From assembly GCA_011364985.1 (NCBI GenBank), contig RDOC01000004.1, forward strand, positions 32,001 through 96,000: a stretch of 64,000 nt of DNA. Direction: 5' to 3'. Below are positions 57,490 through 64,000 of the stretch, piece after piece; position 1 is the first letter of the stretch, and every line of letters starts with the position of its first letter. The notes below the pieces were generated by a model, which saw only the letters and a program-made list of their open reading frames with translations, was not told the origin of the DNA and searched no databases. Position numbers and translations under genes: made by a program. Origin of the DNA: Candidatus Thorarchaeota archaeon (GTDB lineage Archaea > Asgardarchaeota > Thorarchaeia > Thorarchaeales > Thorarchaeaceae).

Positions 57490-58131
57490 GTGTGTTCCGG
57501 ATTGTCATGGAAAGAAGAGATTGTGCATCTTGCAGAACCAGCTGATGGTCGTGTAGCACCAGCGTTTAAACCACATCACGCTGCTGTTGCCTTAGTCATG
57601 ATTGGCCGCGAGCAACCTCTAGGACGATATGACCTTTGTGCGGCGATGTCTATCGGAGAAGGCAGTGCGCGAACTCTTCTAAAACGACTTGGAGAAGCTG
57701 GTTTGATCACTGCTGAAGGCAGACAAGGCCAAAGATTGACACATGCCGGGCAAGCCCTGTTTGATGCAATCTCAAAAGATATCCCAAGAGGTTTCTTCCT
57801 CGACCTCCGAAAAGCCGTAACTCATGAATCAGCATTTGCCAATCTGGTGAAAGGACGAGCTGACAGGGTAAAGGATGGGATTAGACAACGCGACGAAGCC
57901 ATCATTCAGGGAGGCTATGGAATGGCAGGTGCTACCACTCTGATTATCAAGAATGGGGCATTGTTAATGCCTCCGGATGATTTCCACATGCTCCGAGAAT
58001 ATCAAGAGGAAGCCCTTCTATTAATGGGTAGTCTGAGACCCGAGGAAAAGGACGTGATTGTCATTGGTTCTGCAGATGATGAGCGGCTTGCGAGAGAGGT
58101 TTCGATGGCGGCAGTTCTAACACTCTTTTGA
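57490..58131 (+). CDS. DUF4443-type winged-helix protein
   Basis: GRYDL...GEGSARTLLKRL wHTH; QRDEAI...GATTL C-terminal domain. Confidence 0.75.
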   Translation: MCSGLSWKEEIVHLAEPADGRVAPAFKPHHAAVALVMIGREQPLGRYDLCAAMSIGEGSARTLLKRLGEAGLITAEGRQGQRLTHAGQALFDAISKDIPRGFFLDLRKAVTHESAFANLVKGRADRVKDGIRQRDEAIIQGGYGMAGATTLIIKNGALLMPPDDFHMLREYQEEALLLMGSLRPEEKDVIVIGSADDERLAREVSMAAVLTLF

Positions 58132-58142
58132 GAGGGTTCACA

Positions 58143-58976
58143 ATGCAAATGGATCTCTTCGGCAATGTTCCCGAGATAGTGATTGACATTCACGAAACAA
58201 AAGGAAGACGAATCAATTCGGTAAAGCATCTCATTTCGATGCTGGAGAAGGAAAGAATCCACTATACTGTACAGAAAATCCCAATTGGTGATGTTCTGGG
58301 TCCCAACGGAATAGCGATTGAGAGAAAGACCATCAACGATCTAGTCAATACTCTGAAAGGCAGTGCATCTGGAGTCCCGCGATTTACGAAACAAATGAAT
58401 GCTCTCTTGGAGTATGAAAAGCCGTACCTCCTTATCGAGAACTACTTAGCGATACGGCGGGATCCAATGAAGGGCTGCATATACGTTCCCTTCAAGACAA
58501 AGCAGACCAAAGGAAGACCGTACGTTGTAACTATGGAGAGAGTAAGTTACATCCATCCTTCGGCCCTAGATGCTCTGATAGACAGCATCAGAGAACAAGG
58601 CATAGAGATACTCTCAGGATTCAATGCTCTACATTCTGCAGGTCTTTTGTATGGAGTTCTAAGAGATGATGGTACACTCTCCCATGATGCCAAAGAGAAG
58701 AGGCTGCCGGTAATCAGAACTCGGAAGGGTCTGAATTCAGTATTTGATGAACAGGAATTCCTTGTTGCAGGATTTCCTTGTGTCAATGTTGTTAGAGCAA
58801 GAAGCCTTCTGGAAAAATTCGGAACACCTTTTGAGGTTCTGAGCCGAACTGATGAATGGACAAAGGTTTCAGGGATTGGCCCCAAGACTGTTGAATCTGC
58901 AAGAAAGATCCTTTATTCGGATTATTCGCCGATAAGAAAGGAAGAAGCCCCTGAAAGTGAATCGGAAACAGAATAG
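58143..58976 (+). CDS. Short XPF/ERCC4-type structure-specific nuclease with HhH domain
   Basis: DIHE, GD, IERKTINDL, LLIE; HhH motifs FPCVN and VSGIGPKT. Confidence 0.85.
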   Translation: MQMDLFGNVPEIVIDIHETKGRRINSVKHLISMLEKERIHYTVQKIPIGDVLGPNGIAIERKTINDLVNTLKGSASGVPRFTKQMNALLEYEKPYLLIENYLAIRRDPMKGCIYVPFKTKQTKGRPYVVTMERVSYIHPSALDALIDSIREQGIEILSGFNALHSAGLLYGVLRDDGTLSHDAKEKRLPVIRTRKGLNSVFDEQEFLVAGFPCVNVVRARSLLEKFGTPFEVLSRTDEWTKVSGIGPKTVESARKILYSDYSPIRKEEAPESESETE

Positions 58977-59048
58977 GCTTAGCTCGCAAGTTTTAAAAGC
59001 TGTAACTATTCTATGGCCAGAGAATACTACTCGGATGGTGTCAACCAG

Positions 59049-60137
59049 ATGAGCGACGTACGAATAGCAATTGCAGGACTTGGAAACTGCGCATCAGCTC
59101 TTATTCAAGGAACGCATTATTATCGAAATGCCAGGGCTGATGAAGAAGTACCAGGACTAATGCACGTAGATTTTGGTGGATACTACCCCAAGGACCTGAA
59201 ATTTGTAGCAGCTTTTGAGGCTAACAACAGGAAGATTGGGCTAGATATTGCCGACGCAATGTGGGCTGAACCAAACTGTTGCTGGAAATTTGCGCCTGAT
59301 GTTCCAAAGACTGGAGTTAAAGTTCTGCCAGGTCCAGTGTCTGATGGTGTCGCACCTCACATGAGAGAGCCATTTTTCGCTTACAATGAGAGCGAAATCG
59401 AACCTGTGAATGTGGCTGAGGAATTGAGGAAGGCCAAGGCAGACATGTTGGTTAGCTACCTACCAGTAGGAAGTGCAAAGGCAGCAAGACTGTACGCAGG
59501 AGCAGCGCTTGAGGCAGAGATTGGATTCATAAATGCCATTCCTGAATTCATTGTGTCAGATCCCAATGATCCTATTGCTCAGGAGTTTCAGAAGAAAGGA
59601 CTGCCTGCAGCTGGAGACGATATCAAAAGCCAGCTTGGAGCTACAATTCTTCATCGAGTCTTAGCTCAGCTCTTTGACAAACGTGGACTCATTCTTCAAA
59701 ATACATACCAGCTGAACATTGGAGGTAACACAGACTTCGAGAATATGCAAGTAGAGAACAGACTGAGCTCGAAAAGAATCAGCAAGACAGAGGCGGTCAC
59801 CAGTTGCGTCGATTATGAATTGCCAACCAAGATTGGGCCTAGCGATTACGTCCCATTTCTTCAAGACAATAAGGTCTGTTATATCAGCATGAGATCAAAA
59901 GCATTCGGAGACCTTCCAATTGATTTGGACCTGAAGCTCTCAGTCCAAGACTCACCGAATAGTGGTGGAGTTATCATTGACGTAGCAAGAGCTGTGAAGA
60001 TAGCTCTGGATCGAGGCATTGGCGGAGAGCTCTCTAGCATTAGCTCATATAGCTTCAAGCATCCTCGATACCAGATAGATGACTTCGAAGCAAGAAAGAG
60101 AGTAGATGAGTTCATCGAGGGAAAAAGAGAACGTTAG
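59049..60137 (+). CDS. ino1: myo-inositol-1-phosphate synthase
   Basis: GLGNCAS, SYLPVGS, GDDIKSQLGAT, QLNIGGNTDF, DSPNSGG. Confidence 0.95.
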   Translation: MSDVRIAIAGLGNCASALIQGTHYYRNARADEEVPGLMHVDFGGYYPKDLKFVAAFEANNRKIGLDIADAMWAEPNCCWKFAPDVPKTGVKVLPGPVSDGVAPHMREPFFAYNESEIEPVNVAEELRKAKADMLVSYLPVGSAKAARLYAGAALEAEIGFINAIPEFIVSDPNDPIAQEFQKKGLPAAGDDIKSQLGATILHRVLAQLFDKRGLILQNTYQLNIGGNTDFENMQVENRLSSKRISKTEAVTSCVDYELPTKIGPSDYVPFLQDNKVCYISMRSKAFGDLPIDLDLKLSVQDSPNSGGVIIDVARAVKIALDRGIGGELSSISSYSFKHPRYQIDDFEARKRVDEFIEGKRER

Positions 60138-60201
60138 CCAATCCAGAGAAAATGAGAGTCTTGGTCCAGCAAGCAGCCGGACCAGATTCTTTGAGGCATT
60201 G

Positions 60202-61365
60202 TTAGAGTTCGGTGAAGCTTCTCGCTGTATCCTCATCCAGCCTCTTGACCACTTCAACTAAGAGATTAACGGCACTCTCAACATCAGTCATGTCGAGCAT
60301 TGCATGATGTGAATGGATATGTCGAGTAGGAATTCCGATGAACAGAGATGGCACACCCATTCCGGTGAGGTGAATTGCACCAGCATCAGTGCTTCCAGCC
60401 TTTAGAAAAGCTGGCTGATGTCTAATGCCCATCTCCTCTGCAATGTCAAGGACAAATCTGCGGAAGCGTGGATTTGGTATCATTGAACCATCCCCTGCAG
60501 AGATAGAAACACCCCTGCCCATCTTTTGAACAAGACCATCAACACCAGGAACATCACCTGAAATGTCAACATCCAAAGCGAATCCAATGTCAGGAAGAAT
60601 CATCTGAGCTGCTGTCCGGGCTCCGCGCAGACCCACCTCTTCTTGAGTCGTGGAGACTGTATAGATAGTGTTGGGGTGATCTGTTTTCTCTTCGGAAAGC
60701 CTACGCAGAACCTCAAGAGCAATGAATACGCCAATTCGGTCGTCAAAGGCTTTGGCAACAGCAATTGTGACGTCACGAACAACTTCTTCTGAGTCCTTCA
60801 TCTCCTCGTCTTTCTTCTCCTTTCTCTTGCGCTGCATTGTACGAAAGGAAGCTAAAGGTACAGCAGGATCTCCGACACTGATGCCAAGCGCTTCAACTTC
60901 CCTCTTGGAGCTACAGCCGATATCGAAGAACATCTTCTCCTTCGTAACGACCTTATTCCGATCTTCAGGGCTTAGAACATGTGGAGGTGGTGCTCCAATC
61001 ACACCAACTACTTTTTCACTGCCCGATGAGGGACTGATCAAAACCTCCTGCGCTAGCAGTGTCTGATCCCACCAACCGCCGAGTTGATGAAATCGAAGAC
61101 ATCCATTCTTCTCAATGTTGGTTATTACAAAGCCGATTTCATCTACATGACCTGCAAGCATTATCTTCGGGCCTTGGTCTCCTTTTCGAAACACGACCGA
61201 TCCCATCCGATCATATAGAGTTTCATCAGCATACTTCTGCCCATGATCTCGGACAATCTTTTGAGCCTCATGTTCATGTCCACTAGGCCCAAATGCATTG
61301 CAGAGCTTCTCTAGTAGGGCAATGTCAAGCTCCTTTCCAGCCATAATCCTCACTTCAGCCTGCAT
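60202..61365 (-). CDS. M42 family (TET) aminopeptidase
   Basis: GHVDEIG, KAFDDR, QEEVGLRGA, DVD, TRHIHS. Confidence 0.93.
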   Translation of the reverse strand: MQAEVRIMAGKELDIALLEKLCNAFGPSGHEHEAQKIVRDHGQKYADETLYDRMGSVVFRKGDQGPKIMLAGHVDEIGFVITNIEKNGCLRFHQLGGWWDQTLLAQEVLISPSSGSEKVVGVIGAPPPHVLSPEDRNKVVTKEKMFFDIGCSSKREVEALGISVGDPAVPLASFRTMQRKRKEKKDEEMKDSEEVVRDVTIAVAKAFDDRIGVFIALEVLRRLSEEKTDHPNTIYTVSTTQEEVGLRGARTAAQMILPDIGFALDVDISGDVPGVDGLVQKMGRGVSISAGDGSMIPNPRFRRFVLDIAEEMGIRHQPAFLKAGSTDAGAIHLTGMGVPSLFIGIPTRHIHSHHAMLDMTDVESAVNLLVEVVKRLDEDTARSFTEL

Positions 61366-61445
61366 TTGTCAGATGACTGCAGAAGAAGCACCATGTATAG
61401 TAGTTTCGGTCAATGCAGTAGAAGCGCAAATGGCTGCTTTTCTAT

Positions 61446-61985
61446 CTAAGAAATGGAGAATTCGGCCAGTCGGCGAAAGGCTTCTTCCACGTTCTTGCCT
61501 GTCAGTGCACTCGTTTCTAGGTAGCCATTCAGGCCATGTTCTTCAGCAAATGCCATCCCCATCTCTGTGGTAATAACACGCTCATCTACGAGATCTACTT
61601 TATTTGCCAGAAGAATGATTGGGATGCGTTCGCCCAGTGCATTCTGTGTTTCTTCAATCCACTTTGGAAGCTCCATATACGTGGACTTACGCGTAGTGTC
61701 GAAAACTAGCAGGGCACCTTTGCTTCCGCGATAGTAGCTTCCACGAATGAAATCAAATCGCTGTTGTCCAGCAAGGTCCCAGACCAGAAGCTTCACGACG
61801 ACTTGTCGACCATCAGCTTCATCAACCGCAACGGTCTTCACAGCAAACTGAGAGCCAATTGTAACAATATACTGCTCAGAAAACTTCTGCGTAAGAAATC
61901 TGTTGACCAGAGCCGTCTTCCCACTACCTCCGGCCCCAATCATAACGACCTTTCGCATGAAATCAAATTCCGCAGTTCTTGCCAA
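61446..61985 (-). CDS. Rab-like small GTPase
   Basis: GAGGSGKT, TIGSQF, WDLAGQ, YYRG, NKVD, ETSA; no C-terminal Cys. Confidence 0.92.
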   Translation of the reverse strand: MARTAEFDFMRKVVMIGAGGSGKTALVNRFLTQKFSEQYIVTIGSQFAVKTVAVDEADGRQVVVKLLVWDLAGQQRFDFIRGSYYRGSKGALLVFDTTRKSTYMELPKWIEETQNALGERIPIILLANKVDLVDERVITTEMGMAFAEEHGLNGYLETSALTGKNVEEAFRRLAEFSIS

Positions 61986-62187
61986 TTTGGTCCCTCGTAC
62001 ATCAAATACTGAATGTAGGGGTAGTAGCTGGCTTTCCCTGTCCGAGAAAAAACTAACTACCCAGTCCGTCGTTTGGCAAGTGCTACCCTAGCCTATTTAG
62101 CCTTTTTCGGCATTTAGTGACTGCTGTTTCGCGTGAGATTATATCATGGCGCCCTTCAGGAAGACCGAAGCCTGCAGTTGCAAGGGA

Positions 62188-62214
62188 TTATAACAAGTAG
62201 CACTGGGGTGTTAC
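62188..62214 (+). promoter_or_regulatory. TATA box plus imperfect inverted repeat upstream of RHH gene
   Basis: TTATAA 62188-62193; GTAGCAC-N4-GTGTTAC 62197-62214. Confidence 0.5.
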
Positions 62215-62234
62215 GATAGCGGGAGGATAATGTC

Positions 62235-62423
62235 TTGCGACTAATTACAGTGAAAATGAGTGACATCTATGTGAACGGACTCGATAGACTGGTTGAGTTG
62301 GGGATGTATCCGTCGCGCAGTGAGGCTATCAGGGTTGCCATAAGAGACCTCTTGCGTAGGGAGCTTTGGCCAGCAGAAGGCAGTCCGCTAAGTATTGAGA
62401 AAGAAACAGAGCAAAGGTATTAG
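62235..62423 (+). CDS. Ribbon-helix-helix regulator, CdrS/CopG-like
   Basis: RLITVKM...LDRLVELGMYPSRSEAIRVAIRDLL; GGGAGG ribosome-binding site. Confidence 0.88.
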   Translation: MRLITVKMSDIYVNGLDRLVELGMYPSRSEAIRVAIRDLLRRELWPAEGSPLSIEKETEQRY

Positions 62424-62513
62424 GGTTTGACAGCACAATTTCCATAAGGCACATTAACATATGATGACGCATTCAACCTACGTAGGGCCCGTAAAAGGGA
62501 GGTTAACACGCCG

Positions 62514-63035
62514 TTGAATTTCAGAGTCTTATTCAAGAGCATCCGGTTTGCTTTCCGCGCCAAGAAACGTGTCATCACGTTCATTCTAATCTACGCATTT
62601 CTGATAGTGATGGTTTCACGTGGACTAATGTTCCAAGGAGATGAACTACTTTGGATTCTTGCCGCGTTTGTACTGGCAACGCTATATGCCATACTCATCG
62701 CGCAGTCTAGGTCCAAAGACATTGCTATTCTCAAATGCGTTTCGTGGAATAACTCGGATGTTTTCCTGTTACTTGTTGGAGAAGTTGTGCTCGTATCCCT
62801 CGCCGCATTTCTACTTGTGTTTCAGGTGAGCGTAGAGATCATGGGATTGGTAGCCTATTTCAGAGATGTGTTTGGGGTCGAGCTGCTGGAATTTCTTCAG
62901 GAAAGTCTAGCCGTAGAGGTGACACCACTCCTAACCACTTTGTTCGTAATCGTCGTTCTGCAGTTGCCAGGTTTATTCTTGGCACAGCGCAGGGCAATGC
63001 TGATTGCTCCAATGAGAGCCCTAAGGGAGGAATAG
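62514..63035 (+). CDS. Minimal FtsX/MacB-like permease
   Basis: 4 TM segments, RSKDIAILKCVSW loop, C-terminal PMRALREE. Confidence 0.75.
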   Translation: MNFRVLFKSIRFAFRAKKRVITFILIYAFLIVMVSRGLMFQGDELLWILAAFVLATLYAILIAQSRSKDIAILKCVSWNNSDVFLLLVGEVVLVSLAAFLLVFQVSVEIMGLVAYFRDVFGVELLEFLQESLAVEVTPLLTTLFVIVVLQLPGLFLAQRRAMLIAPMRALREE

Positions 63036-63038
63036 ACT

Positions 63039-63716
63039 ATGGCTAATGCAATTGTCCAACTTGAAGATGTAAACAAAGAATACGGAAGAGGAAAGAAGAC
63101 AGTAGCTGCCCTCAAAGATATCAATTTGGAGATAAGAAAGGGAGAATTCATCGCGGTGGTTGGTCCCTCAGGATGTGGGAAGTCGACTCTGCTTCATGTG
63201 ATGGCCGGACTTGAACAGCCAACATCTGGCAGAGTTCTATTGGACGGAGTGGATGTGACCCTAATCAGTGAAAGAGACTTGCCAAAGGTGAGAGCTCAGA
63301 AGATTGGATTCGTATTTCAAGCCTTTCTTCTAATCGAAGACTTGACGGCCTACGAGAACGTGGAGGCGGTTCTTTGGCCCAGTGTGGACCACACGAAGGA
63401 GAAACAAGAAGCAATGACACTGGAGGTCTTGCGTGAAGTGGATATGCTGGAGCGAAGGGATCACTTCCCTCGACAGATGTCGGGAGGAGAACAACAAAGA
63501 ATAGCAATTGCAAGAGCTCTTGTGAATAATCCTCCTGTCCTATTCTGCGATGAACCAACGGGAAATCTTGACAGCAAGACTGGTGAAACCATTATGAAGT
63601 TCATCTCCAAGCTTGCTAAGGAGAAGAACATGACAGTGGTGTTGGTCACTCATAATGACGAGCTAACGAAATACGCCGGCAAAGTCTTGAACATGAGAGA
63701 TGGAGCCATTAGATAG
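63039..63716 (+). CDS. ABC ATPase, LolD/FtsE/MacB type
   Basis: GPSGCGKST, MSGGEQQR, DEPTGNLD, VTHN. Confidence 0.93.
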   Translation: MANAIVQLEDVNKEYGRGKKTVAALKDINLEIRKGEFIAVVGPSGCGKSTLLHVMAGLEQPTSGRVLLDGVDVTLISERDLPKVRAQKIGFVFQAFLLIEDLTAYENVEAVLWPSVDHTKEKQEAMTLEVLREVDMLERRDHFPRQMSGGEQQRIAIARALVNNPPVLFCDEPTGNLDSKTGETIMKFISKLAKEKNMTVVLVTHNDELTKYAGKVLNMRDGAIR

Positions 63717-63817
63717 GCAACTCCGACTATGGAATTATGCCGCTCCCTCTTTCCAAGAAGCAAACCTTTAGGGAACAAGAAACCACATTGAGTCAGAAGC
63801 AAGGAGTACACACTGGG

Positions 63818-64000
63818 ATGGCACATTCTGACTGCAACGACTATGAGGACCGTGCTGAGAAGCACGGTGAGAAGGGTGAGAACGAAGAAGCCAAGAACTT
63901 GTTTATTGGAGCAGCCGAGTGCTGGAGGCGATGGGAATCCTTTGGAAAGAGCGCCAAATGCTATGAGCGTGCATACGAACACGCTATGCTGCAGCAAGAC
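63818..64000 (+). CDS. Partial helical-repeat protein, alpha-SNAP/TPR-like (runs off window)
   Basis: Hand translation MAHSDCNDYEDRAEKHGEKGENEEAKNLFIGAAECWRRWESFGKSAKCYERAYEHAMLQQD; frame stays open to the window end. Confidence 0.6.
   Translation, partial: MAHSDCNDYEDRAEKHGEKGENEEAKNLFIGAAECWRRWESFGKSAKCYERAYEHAMLQQD

Noticed and set aside
63650-63997. 115-aa hydrophobic minus-strand ORF
   Set aside because: Better explained as the shadow of the plus-strand helical-repeat ORF
1-64000. Selenoprotein (UGA read-through) genes
   Set aside because: The UGA-terminated genes I checked look full length with no homologous continuation; no convincing SECIS seen by eye

Overview
Gene-dense 64-kb archaeal chromosomal segment, most likely from an Asgard archaeon (Thorarchaeia-like). 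That assignment is inferred from an aEF-2 paralog with an HTG diphthamide loop, four small GTPases (two MglA-like, one Arf-like, one Rab-like), a roadblock protein and longin-like domains. Housekeeping content: hflX, tgtA, ileS, a polyprenyl diphosphate synthase, tetraether synthase tes, tldD/pmbA, archaeal CoA pathway (PoK, PPS, panE, coaBC), rtcB, ssb, tmk, XPF-like nuclease, ino1, M20/M42 peptidases. No CRISPR array or mobile element was seen. Most notable observations: (1) two inverted copies of an unannotated four-way-junction RNA motif (52.9 kb + and 55.4 kb -) sharing TGCAAGGGGA-(TT/C)-CATCCCC; (2) further candidate ncRNAs at 20.3 and 31.7 kb; (3) tRNA-Gln(CUG) with a 26-nt intron at the non-canonical D-loop position 16/17; (4) an ABC importer divergent from three surface-anchored proteins sharing a GIFT/DUF4350-like domain, two fused to phosphoesterases; (5) a longin plus tandem winged-helix protein (NPRL2-like layout) next to a longin-Arf fusion; (6) a DtxR-like operator on a DUF4430/ECF-S uptake operon. 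All calls are by eye from motifs; no searches were run.
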